Assembly (NCBI GenBank): GCA_027310185.1
Contig: DAIDBH010000013.1
Span: 1-64,000 of the forward strand
Direction: 5' to 3'
DNA from: Thermoplasmatales archaeon
GTDB taxonomy: Archaea; Thermoplasmatota; Thermoplasmata; Thermoplasmatales; Thermoplasmataceae
Length of the DNA stretch: 64,000 nucleotides
Part shown: positions 39,503 to 48,754 of the stretch, piece after piece
How positions within the stretch are numbered: position 1 is the stretch's first letter
Layout: each line of letters opens with the position of its first letter
Translations under genes and position numbers: made by a program
The notes under the pieces: generated by a model
What the model was told of the DNA's origin: nothing
The model's database searches: none
What the model saw: only the letters and a program-made list of their open reading frames with translations

Positions 39503-40171
39503 ATGCTTCAACTTAATATAATTGACTCAGAGCTGGAACTCGTGCCTGAGAAAATGTGCGACGATTATCAGATCAGAAAAATAGCAAACACTAGAGACAA
39601 GAGACCAGAAGAAATGATTCTTGATTCTAACTATATGCATGGTGCCATAGATAGAGCATATCCAGGAAAATCTAATAGAATTGGAAGACCAGACATATTC
39701 TATCATCTGCTAAATGTAACACAGGATTCAATTCTAAACAGATTAGGATATCTGGAAACTGTAATTCACACAAAGAATGATGAGATCATCAGGATAAACA
39801 GTGAAACCAGGATGCCAAAGTCGTACAATCGATTTATCGGATTGATGGAAAAGCTATTGAAGAATGGAAAAGTGGAATCCCCAGATGGAAAGGCCCTGAT
39901 GTACGTGGAAAAAGGAAAATGGAATTCTATGAATCATGACGATTATGACAGGATACTGCTTTCTCCGAAGGGTAAAAAAACTAGGCCAAGTGACATATTT
40001 AGAAATAAGAATAATTACAGTGTATTCATAGGAGGTTTCTCGGAAGGGGATTTTGTCAGTCCTGTTTACAGGGAATTGGAACCAATCTCCATATTTGATG
40101 ATGAATTGACCATATGGACAGTTGGATGGGAAATAATTTCCAGTATGGAGACCTTAGAAGGGATCAGGTAG
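39503..40171 (+). CDS. nep1: 16S rRNA pseudouridine N1-methyltransferase Nep1/Emg1
   Basis: ELELVP, ILDSNY, GRPDI.YH.L...DS.LN, IHT, R.PKSYNRF.GLME.LL, IGGFSEG. Confidence 0.93.
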   Translation: MLQLNIIDSELELVPEKMCDDYQIRKIANTRDKRPEEMILDSNYMHGAIDRAYPGKSNRIGRPDIFYHLLNVTQDSILNRLGYLETVIHTKNDEIIRINSETRMPKSYNRFIGLMEKLLKNGKVESPDGKALMYVEKGKWNSMNHDDYDRILLSPKGKKTRPSDIFRNKNNYSVFIGGFSEGDFVSPVYRELEPISIFDDELTIWTVGWEIISSMETLEGIR

Positions 40172-40218
40172 ATCATTAAACCTAAAATTTATTACTATTC
40201 TAATTATAAGGGGTCGAA

Positions 40219-40291
40219 GCGGGTGTGGTGTAGCCTGGTAACACGCGAGCTTGCCAAGCTCGTGCCTCGGGTTCAAATCCCGGCACCCGCA
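40219..40291 (+). tRNA. tRNA-Gly (GCC)
   Basis: GCGGGTG...CGAGC-TTGCCAA-GCTCG...GGTTCAAATCC...CACCCGC-A. Confidence 0.96.
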
Positions 40292-40660
40292 CTAATTTTG
40301 ATGTCCGTTGATTGATCTGGGGCATAAAAGACGTTTTGAGATCGATTTTCTTTGTGAAAAAAATTTAAAGGTACGTTGTGAAATATAATAGTTAAAAATT
40401 ACTTGTTAATCCGTGATTTAGAACTGAATAGATAATTACCATATGGTCAGCATTCTGCAGGCGTCGTGTGCTCAGTTGTAAAGGCGGCTTTGAAAAGATT
40501 AGATCAATATATCTTTATGCTTCCAGATAACTAAATTGGATAGGTATTCAAGTTCTTCATACGTGCTAATGAATTTTCTGAAATTGTAGTTAATGGCCAT
40601 TTGAAATCGTATCTGGATATTTAGCTTTAAATAAACAGATGATACATTTCTTCAGTTTTT

Positions 40661-40711
40661 CCTAAATATTAGTTATGTATACACATAGTTAGTATTAAAC
40701 TAATATTTAGG
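40661..40711. repeat. Perfect 14-bp inverted repeat with a 23-nt spacer
   Basis: CCTAAATATTAGTT (40661-40674) and AACTAATATTTAGG (40698-40711), upstream of a TTTTATATAA TATA-like box (40781-40790). Confidence 0.8.
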
Positions 40712-40819
40712 TATTTCATTGATTTAACAGTATTTTTAGACCTTAATGCATTATATATTTTTTTTATAATATTTTGTGGTTTTTATATAAGGTTATAGGC
40801 TCAGGCGTCATGATTAATT

Positions 40820-42736
40820 ATGTATAAAAAACATATTAATAAAATTATAAATAAGAAAGTAATTTTAGCAATAGCAGTCTCCCTAATATTAATGGTATCA
40901 TCGAGTCTGTATGTTATTGATCAGTCCAGCAGTTTCACAGGCCCAGGTGTTACTGGTACACCATATGTATCATCTGGCCTTTACAATGTTTCCTTCACTG
41001 AGACTGGTCTAGCCAGTGGAATACAGTGGAACGTATCACTCAGTGGGTCCGCTGAAGTTTCCACAACAGGCATGATCAGCTTCCATGTGGCAAATGGAAC
41101 GCATTCATTCACTGTTGGAAATATTTCAGGATACTCAGCATCACCCATTACTGGTAGTGTTGACGTGAGTGGCTCAGCTGTGGCTGAAGCGATAGCCTTT
41201 GTTGCCATGAAGCCAGTCTCCATAGCACCAGTTGAACTTGGAACTGCAGCCCAGTATACCATACTTGCGAAGACAGGCATATCAACAACCGGAACCACAT
41301 CCATAACCGGAAATATTGGTGTCAGTCCTGCAGGAAGCACATACATTACGGGATTCTCCCAGACACTGAGCTCCACAGGACAGTATGCAACATCATCAAT
41401 GGTAACAGGAAAAATATATGCAGCAACATATGCATCCCCAACACCATCTGATCTCACAACAGCAATAGGTGACATGCAAACAGCATACACAAATGCAGCT
41501 GGAAGAGTTAATCCTGGATACGTAAATCTTGGTGCCGGAAATATAAATGGCATGACTCTTGTACCCGGGTTGTATAAATGGGGAACTGGAGTATCCATAT
41601 CCACAAGCATAACCCTGACTGGTAATGCAAGTTCAGTCTGGGTCTTCCAGATATCTGGAGGACTGACATTCGGTAACGGTGCTCAAATAATACTGAAGGA
41701 TGGAGCAGAGCCAAAGAACATATTCTGGCAGGTTGCAAGCGGTGTGTCAATAGGTACAGGCGCTTCTTTCTATGGCATAGTTATGTCACAAACTGATATA
41801 ACAATTGCAACAGATTCAAGCATGACTGGACTTGCACTCGCGCAAACAGCAGTGACCCTTGAATCCGATAACGTAGTAAACCCAACATTAGCACAGAATG
41901 TGACCGTAAAGACTTATACTATTTCATTTACAGAAGTAGGTCTTCCATCTGGAACTGCATGGAATGTAACATTAAGTGGGCGATTACTTAAATCCACTAC
42001 ATCAACAATCATGTTCACAGAACCAAATGGAACATATTCGTATACTGTAGCTTCAAGCACAACAGAACTTATTCATCCATCTACCGGAACAGCATCAGTC
42101 AACGGAGAAAATGCATATCAGGCAGTCATGTTCACATCAGCAACAGAGAAAACTTACAGTGTAAATTTCGTTGAAACAGGACTTCCATCGGGAATGCAGT
42201 GGGGGGTTTCCTTGAACGGAGCTGCTACCACAACAGTCAGTCCTGATGTTAATTTCGCTGTGCCAAATGGAACTTACTCTTACATGATAGAGGCACCGAC
42301 AAACTACGGAGCATCACCACACAGTGGATCCAGCAAAGTAAATGGAAATGATGTAAATGTATCAGTTACATTCACACTGGTGAAATACAGTGTGACATTT
42401 ACTGAGACCGGTCTGCCATCTGGAATAATATGGTATGTGAATTCAACTCTAATGGCATCATCCGGACCACAATCTGAATCCAGCTATACTATTGGCCTTT
42501 CAAACACAACCTATTCATACTTTGCCAGCTCAAATGATAAGTCATATCATGATATAAATGGTACATTCACAGTCAGTGGTCATTCAATATCTGTATCACT
42601 AAAGTTTGCAAATGACAATGTAAAGTCTGCAAGCACTTCTAACTCATATTTATACATCATTGCAGGTGTAATAGTTGTAATAGCAGCAATAGGGGCAGGA
42701 GCAGCTTTAATTATGAGGAAGAGAACTTCCAAGTAA
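40820..42736 (+). CDS. Cell-surface protein with a DUF3494 ice-binding domain and four Thermoplasmatales-type beta repeats
   Basis: PVELGTA..YTILAKTGIS...ITGNIGVSP...TGKIYAA.YA.PTP..LTTAI.DM.TAY..AAGR...TLVPGLYKW...VWVFQI...NIFWQVA...LAQTAVTL is the DUF3494/IBP-1 beta-solenoid. F.E.GL.SG..W.V repeats occur once before and three times after it. N-terminal signal, C-terminal TM plus RKR. Confidence 0.92.
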   Translation: MYKKHINKIINKKVILAIAVSLILMVSSSLYVIDQSSSFTGPGVTGTPYVSSGLYNVSFTETGLASGIQWNVSLSGSAEVSTTGMISFHVANGTHSFTVGNISGYSASPITGSVDVSGSAVAEAIAFVAMKPVSIAPVELGTAAQYTILAKTGISTTGTTSITGNIGVSPAGSTYITGFSQTLSSTGQYATSSMVTGKIYAATYASPTPSDLTTAIGDMQTAYTNAAGRVNPGYVNLGAGNINGMTLVPGLYKWGTGVSISTSITLTGNASSVWVFQISGGLTFGNGAQIILKDGAEPKNIFWQVASGVSIGTGASFYGIVMSQTDITIATDSSMTGLALAQTAVTLESDNVVNPTLAQNVTVKTYTISFTEVGLPSGTAWNVTLSGRLLKSTTSTIMFTEPNGTYSYTVASSTTELIHPSTGTASVNGENAYQAVMFTSATEKTYSVNFVETGLPSGMQWGVSLNGAATTTVSPDVNFAVPNGTYSYMIEAPTNYGASPHSGSSKVNGNDVNVSVTFTLVKYSVTFTETGLPSGIIWYVNSTLMASSGPQSESSYTIGLSNTTYSYFASSNDKSYHDINGTFTVSGHSISVSLKFANDNVKSASTSNSYLYIIAGVIVVIAAIGAGAALIMRKRTSK

Positions 42737-43426
42737 TTTAGCAGGCTGGTCCACTAATTCAATAATAAATCTATTTTTAAATCATTTTCTTAATAAAGAG
42801 TGAGAATGAATTTCTGTAATTGTTTTTTATTAATATTTTTAATTCAAATTTTATAATTTAACTTCACAATTTTTTATATGAATGCCTATGCCAGAGAGCT
42901 TGATTATGTTTTATAAGGAAACGCTATTGTTCCAATGATTTAAACGGTTATGATAGTTCATCGTTTTAAGTTCAATCTCACCAGTTATTATATGAAGGTA
43001 AATGGAAACAGACTAGACTAAATTAATTGTCAGATCTATAAAAACTGTTAACTGAGAAGTCAGTGTGAACAAGATGAAAATAAGTACAGGTAATAAGTTC
43101 AATTTAGAAAGAACCTGGGCATTACAAAAGTTACCAGGGCTATTGATATTCCACTAAATGGAACATCTTTACTTCTTTCCTCTTATACTTATTTATTTTA
43201 GAGTAGACCACTCTCATGTTGGCTGTTAATCTCTGTATTGTGGTCTAATCAAAAGATGGCCAGTTACACCTTTCAGAATGATAGGAGTTGGTTGATAACA
43301 GGAAATCGAACTTTCTTGAGCCCAAAGCTATCAAGGGTTCTGCTTGAACAGGTTTTAATTCATCTATAATCAAAAGAATTGGATTGATAATTTTTAAAAA
43401 TAGTTTAAGAAATTTTCAACGGAACA

Positions 43427-45061
43427 TCAATCAAGCAGGGCATCCGTTGACATCAGTGGTTGTTTTGGCGCAGAGAACAGTCCAATTCCCCAGAATATGA
43501 TTGCGTAGATGAACAGTACTAGATAATCATAAGGATATGGAATGAAATTTATTCCTCCAGTAGGTGTGCCTCCCAGATATGATAGTACAATCATTCCAGC
43601 GATATATATGGGAATCCAGATTGAATTTGAAAGATTGAGATTCTTAAAGTTCTTCCTGTAAGCCTGGTATAGAAACACAAGCGACCCAGCAAGTGTTGCC
43701 CCCAAAGCGTAAAGTGTTGTTGGATAGGTTGACCAATAAATCAGGTATGTGGCTATAACGAAAGCGACCAGAGACCAGAGTGTTGCATATGGTATCTTGA
43801 AAGGCCTCTCGAGATTTGGATACAATCTTCTTAAGACTGGCAGACTCAATGACGCTACGGCGAAATTTGCCACTGCAGCAACCACCACAAAATCTACCAG
43901 TGCGTACCATGACGGAAGTGGCAACAGGAAAATAATTGACATGATTACAATTATTATCAGTGAAAATACAGGTGCACCGTGCTTCGTTGTATATTTCAAC
44001 TTTTCCGGGAGCGCATCTTCCTCAGCATATCCAAACAGTATCCTGCTTGCACCTGTGAGATAAACTCCCAGTGTTCCACCGGGAGAGAATATGGCAAATA
44101 TGAAGAAGATGATTATCAGAATAGAAAGCAGACCTGCCACAGATGGACTTACGAATGAAAGATTACTTTTCATTATATCAGCAAGTGGAGAACCTAGATG
44201 TGATATTGTTGCCCAATCTCCTGCCTTAATTTTAAATCCACTAAAGTTCACAGAACCAATCATGACCACTGCCATGCCAATGTACAGTAAACTCTGTATG
44301 GCAAGAACTGCACCTATTATTTTCGGCATTGATTTTTTAGGATTTTTCACCTCCCCTGCCATATCGGCAACCTGCCTGTAACCACCAAAGGAGAAAAGAA
44401 TTCCTGAGGCTGGAATTGCAATGAATATTCCTCCAAATGAGGTCGCAAACTCAGGAGTGGTGAAATTAGATGGGTGGAAGATGAAAATTGGCAGTATGAC
44501 GATAAAAGCAACTACTATTCCTATTTTGACCCATGTTAATATATTGTTGAAAGCAGAGAACTTTCCAATTCCTAACAGATTCAAGAAGAAGAATCCAAGC
44601 AATAAAAGAACAGAAAGCAATATACCATATCCCGTCAGGACTCCAGTAGTTGAATCATACAGGAACGGAAAGTAGAACGATGCGTAGGTTGAAACTGCCA
44701 CTGCTTCAATAGCTGGAATTGTGGCAGCCCATATCAGTAGGGCCCATCCTGATAAGAATCCGCCATATGATCCATATGAATAATAAGCAACCCTTGCACT
44801 GATTCCTGACCTTGGAAACATTGCTGCGTATTCTGCAAACGGGAGTGTAACAAGGACGATGAATATCGCAGTTAGAATCCAGGAAATTATATCTGCCGGT
44901 CCTGCGTAAAGAAGACCTCCAGCAGCGGCAAAGAGAATTCCAGATCCTACTGCACCTCCTACACCGAACATTATGGCCTGACCAGTCGTTATTCCTCTTT
45001 TCAATCCAGTTTTTGTGGTTTCATAACCATCACCTGATGTGATCCCTATGTCATTTTCCAT
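43427..45061 (-). CDS. APC-family amino acid permease
   Basis: GGAVGSGI, AGPA, FAEY...P.SG, F.F.GY....AGEVKNP; about 14 TM segments. Confidence 0.92.
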   Translation of the reverse strand: MENDIGITSGDGYETTKTGLKRGITTGQAIMFGVGGAVGSGILFAAAGGLLYAGPADIISWILTAIFIVLVTLPFAEYAAMFPRSGISARVAYYSYGSYGGFLSGWALLIWAATIPAIEAVAVSTYASFYFPFLYDSTTGVLTGYGILLSVLLLLGFFFLNLLGIGKFSAFNNILTWVKIGIVVAFIVILPIFIFHPSNFTTPEFATSFGGIFIAIPASGILFSFGGYRQVADMAGEVKNPKKSMPKIIGAVLAIQSLLYIGMAVVMIGSVNFSGFKIKAGDWATISHLGSPLADIMKSNLSFVSPSVAGLLSILIIIFFIFAIFSPGGTLGVYLTGASRILFGYAEEDALPEKLKYTTKHGAPVFSLIIIVIMSIIFLLPLPSWYALVDFVVVAAVANFAVASLSLPVLRRLYPNLERPFKIPYATLWSLVAFVIATYLIYWSTYPTTLYALGATLAGSLVFLYQAYRKNFKNLNLSNSIWIPIYIAGMIVLSYLGGTPTGGINFIPYPYDYLVLFIYAIIFWGIGLFSAPKQPLMSTDALLD

Positions 45062-45232
45062 GATATTCCATAGACATCATATTACTAAAAGATTATTTAT
45101 AATGTAGTTTTATATATTTCTTAATTTTAGTGAGGTGAAGTGCGAATTAATATTGACAGACAGAAAGTGAATTTGTGTAAAATAATCGTAATCAATAAAT
45201 ATTCAATACAGATTGAATGGAGGTGAATTAAC

Positions 45233-45814
45233 ATGTTATTTTTATCCGAAGAAAGAAACACCTTAGGTGATCGTAAACGTTCAGATTTTCATTTATCATT
45301 CAATGAAGATAAGTTTCAGGATATTAACACATTAGATGATCAGGTACTGGAATCTGAAAGAACGGATTACAACAGGATATTCAAACTGGTTAAGAAGAAT
45401 GTAAAGAAATTTCTGGGAAAGGAAAGAACAGGTCTGGGACTGGCACTTTCAAATTTACCGAACACAGTTGGCGCATACTGGCAGTTGGGAGGTAATTATA
45501 TAGTCATGAATGAAACTATCGTAGGCTATATGCGGTCAGCCACGCATACAGTAAAGGAATTCAATTCCTTCCTGTTCACAATTCTTGTCCATGAATACAT
45601 CCATTCAGTAGGTTATGTGGATGAGATGGAAGCCAGGAGAATGACTGCACTGGTAACAAGGATGGCCTTTGGAAAAGATCATATTGCTGCAAGAATAGGG
45701 GCCTCGGATCTGTGGCAGCTTTATCCCAGCCTGCTTCTTCTGCCCAGTGGAGATGGAAGCAAAATGAAGATTGTAAATAACTTTGACTCGGATGCCACTT
45801 CTTACATTACGTAA
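45233..45814 (+). CDS. Small putative zinc metalloprotease (HExxH)
   Basis: GAYW..GGNYIVMN followed by ILVHEYIHSVG..DE. Confidence 0.7.
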   Translation: MLFLSEERNTLGDRKRSDFHLSFNEDKFQDINTLDDQVLESERTDYNRIFKLVKKNVKKFLGKERTGLGLALSNLPNTVGAYWQLGGNYIVMNETIVGYMRSATHTVKEFNSFLFTILVHEYIHSVGYVDEMEARRMTALVTRMAFGKDHIAARIGASDLWQLYPSLLLLPSGDGSKMKIVNNFDSDATSYIT

Positions 45815-45844
45815 TTGCTAATATCAGGTTAATTATATCATATT

Positions 45845-46939
45845 ATGAGACTTGATAATGCTATTTTTAAGGACAGAATTGAAAGACTACGCAGAATGAT
45901 GAAAGAATCTTCAATTGATGCATTTCTGATTCCTCCTGGTGCAAATTTCACGTATTTCACTGGAATGGAAGTTGAATCCATGGAAAGACTGACACTTCTT
46001 GTTGTGGATTTGCAAAATACCACAGTTGTCTGCCCATCCCTTATGAAGGAACAGGTAATCGAGGAGAGCCCTATCAGAGACATATTACCTTGGAAGGATG
46101 ACGAAAATCCTTATTCTATAACCCGTGAACTGATCATTAAATCTCAAAATATTGCAGTGGAAGGTACGCTCCAGTTCTTTCATTTATATGAGCTCAACAG
46201 GACCGTTGAGAAAGAGTTGCTATACAGGGATGACATACTTACGAAATTGAGGATCATAAAAGATGAGAACGAATTATCAGCTATCAGGGAGGCAGTAAAG
46301 AGATCTGAAAAATCTCTTGAAGTTTCCATAGAAAAACTTGTTCCTGGAATCACGGAGATACGGTTCTCAAGGATACTTGAGAATGAATTTTTCAATCAGG
46401 GCCTTTCTGGAGTTGCATTTTCAACAATCGTATCATTTGGAAAAAATGCTGCAATGCCCCATCATTCCCCTGATAATACGAAAGCGAAAGCAGGAGATTC
46501 TGTGGTTGTAGATTATGGAGGTAGGTTTGACGGTTATGCATCAGATAGCACCAGAACTTTCTTCCTTGGAAATCCAGGTGAAAGGATGCTTGATGTGTAT
46601 GAAACAGTTAAGCATGCTAACGAAGATACCAGAAACATGATAGGAAAAGATACAACATATGCAGCAATGGACGTGATCGCACGGAGTATAATCGAGAAGA
46701 AAGGTTACGGAAAATATTTCATACACAGACTTGGCCATGGACTGGGCCTTCAGGTTCATGAGGAACCTTACCTCATTCCAAAAAATGATTACAGTGTACT
46801 CAAAAACTCTGTGTTTACCATAGAGCCTGGGATTTACATAGAGAACCTGGGAGGAGTAAGAATTGAAGATACAAATTATTTCAATGGAAGCAAGTGCATA
46901 GCCTTCAATACAATGCCAAGAGAGTGTGTAATTCTATGA
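45845..46939 (+). CDS. Xaa-Pro dipeptidase (M24B), second paralogue
   Basis: VDYGG...GYASDSTRT, HRLGHGLGL.VHEEPY, TIEPGIY....GGVRIED. Confidence 0.92.
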   Translation: MRLDNAIFKDRIERLRRMMKESSIDAFLIPPGANFTYFTGMEVESMERLTLLVVDLQNTTVVCPSLMKEQVIEESPIRDILPWKDDENPYSITRELIIKSQNIAVEGTLQFFHLYELNRTVEKELLYRDDILTKLRIIKDENELSAIREAVKRSEKSLEVSIEKLVPGITEIRFSRILENEFFNQGLSGVAFSTIVSFGKNAAMPHHSPDNTKAKAGDSVVVDYGGRFDGYASDSTRTFFLGNPGERMLDVYETVKHANEDTRNMIGKDTTYAAMDVIARSIIEKKGYGKYFIHRLGHGLGLQVHEEPYLIPKNDYSVLKNSVFTIEPGIYIENLGGVRIEDTNYFNGSKCIAFNTMPRECVIL

Positions 46940-46965
46940 AGATTGACTGAAATCCACCAGCTCCG

Positions 46966-48753
46966 TTAGTTCTGGCACAGGAGTATCCTGAATCCATATC
47001 CATCCATCTCATGACGATCTGATAGACTGTTAACACTGCCTGCGATCACTTCTCCCTCCATGTGTTCAATGTTTACTGAACTTCCGGAAAGATTGAAGGT
47101 GCATAACAATTCAGTATTTTTATCTATGAAATATTTTATGTTTAATGTTTCCATGGACAATGTAGCCTCACTTCTAACACCGTAGCCCAACCGGTATTTC
47201 TTTCTAATTTCTATCAATTGCCTGTACATTTTCAAAAATTCTCGGTTATCCTTGCCATTGAGGAGTTCCCAGCTTAACCTTGATTCTATAAAGGCTTTTT
47301 CTGAGTTAGGTTCCGGTATTTCTACCTGATTCCTGAAATACGAGAATTCATCATTTCTACCCTTGCGAACCGTTTCTGCGAATTTTTGATCCTGTGTATC
47401 TATGAAGAACCAGAAATGATCTGTAGATAGAAACTCCTCACCCATGAATATCATTGGAACATAGGGAGAGAGAATATAGATCGCTCCAAACAGCAGTGAC
47501 TTTTTGTTTCCATAGTAGCTTCCATTACGGTCAGAGTTTCTTCTATTGCCAACCTGATCGTGGTTTTGAGAGAAAACGATCAGCTGCCATGGATCGTAAT
47601 CACTTATTCCAAGTCCTCTCGTTCTGTTAAGAAATCCCGAATATTCACCCCGGTAAACAAAACCACTTTCAATCGCTCTCACTATCTGCCATGATTGCCC
47701 ATAATCAGAATAATATCCCTGGTTTTCTCCAGTCAGAAATGAATGCATGGTATGATGGAAGTCATCGCACCATTGAGCATCCATTCCAAATCCACAGTGT
47801 TCAATATTGCCTATTGTCAGTGGATTGTTTGCATCACTTTCTGCTATCAATAATGGTTTCCTATTGCTTTTCCTGAAGTACCTTTCAACTTCAATCTTCA
47901 GTTCTTTCAAGAAATGAGTTGGTGAATTATCATAAATACCATGTACAGCATCAAGCCTGAGACCATCGAAACCATAAAAATCCAGCCAGTATATTGCATT
48001 TTGAATATAGAAATTTCTTACATAATCAGACCACTGGTCGTCAAAGTTCATGGCGTTTCCCCAGGGACTTTTATACCTGTTTGAAAAATAAGGCCCAAAC
48101 CTGTTCAAAACATTTCCTCTGGGACCAGTGTGATTATAGACAACGTCAAGAATTATGGAAATGCCTCTCGAGTGAACTTGCTGTATCATATTTGTAAGAT
48201 CAGATATACTGCCATATGAATTCTGGACTGCATAGGGAAACACACCATCATATCCCCAGTTTCTTCTGCCCTCAAACTGTGCAATTGGCATTAATTCAAT
48301 TACATTGATACCAAGGTCTTCAAGATGATCTAGCTTCCCTGTTATTCCATCAAAGTCCCTACTTTCACTGAATGTTCCTGTATGTAATTCATACATGACT
48401 GCATTTCTTAGATCTATGTTAACTCCCCTGTCTTTTGCATTTCCAAGATTTTCATCCACAATCGTGCTTGATCCGAAGACTCCATTTTTAAGAAATTTTG
48501 ACGCAGGATCTGGCAATCTATCTTTCCTGTTTAGTATTATGCTGTATTCCTTATCATCTTTTTCGAAGTTTGAAGAACCAGCCCATATTCCGAACTGATT
48601 TCTCTCCAGTCCCATAATTCTCCCACCGTCTATTTCAACCTCAACTTTTTCTGCAAATGGAGCCCAGACATTAACATTGATTTCCTCTCCTTTCTTCCAC
48701 AGTCCCATATCCTTATAACTCAGTTTTCTGTACTGCAAAGAATTTCTTTCCAT
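46966..48753 (-). CDS. treZ: Malto-oligosyltrehalose trehalohydrolase (GH13)
   Basis: VWAP, PDPAS, YELHTGTF, NWGYDGV, DVVYNH.GP.GN, GLRLDAVH, IAESD.N, QNHDQVGNR. Confidence 0.95.
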   Translation of the reverse strand: MERNSLQYRKLSYKDMGLWKKGEEINVNVWAPFAEKVEVEIDGGRIMGLERNQFGIWAGSSNFEKDDKEYSIILNRKDRLPDPASKFLKNGVFGSSTIVDENLGNAKDRGVNIDLRNAVMYELHTGTFSESRDFDGITGKLDHLEDLGINVIELMPIAQFEGRRNWGYDGVFPYAVQNSYGSISDLTNMIQQVHSRGISIILDVVYNHTGPRGNVLNRFGPYFSNRYKSPWGNAMNFDDQWSDYVRNFYIQNAIYWLDFYGFDGLRLDAVHGIYDNSPTHFLKELKIEVERYFRKSNRKPLLIAESDANNPLTIGNIEHCGFGMDAQWCDDFHHTMHSFLTGENQGYYSDYGQSWQIVRAIESGFVYRGEYSGFLNRTRGLGISDYDPWQLIVFSQNHDQVGNRRNSDRNGSYYGNKKSLLFGAIYILSPYVPMIFMGEEFLSTDHFWFFIDTQDQKFAETVRKGRNDEFSYFRNQVEIPEPNSEKAFIESRLSWELLNGKDNREFLKMYRQLIEIRKKYRLGYGVRSEATLSMETLNIKYFIDKNTELLCTFNLSGSSVNIEHMEGEVIAGSVNSLSDRHEMDGYGFRILLCQN

Positions 48754-48754
48754 C

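Noticed and set aside
40981-41610. 209-aa antisense ORF inside the ice-binding gene
   Set aside because: Shadow frame of a Thr/Gly/Ser-rich gene; no independent motifs.
42740-43426. About 690-bp gap after the ice-binding gene, checked for an att repeat of tRNA-Gly, IS ends and a pseudogene
   Set aside because: No copy of the tRNA 3' end, no integrase, and only short unrecognised ORFs, so island boundaries cannot be supported.
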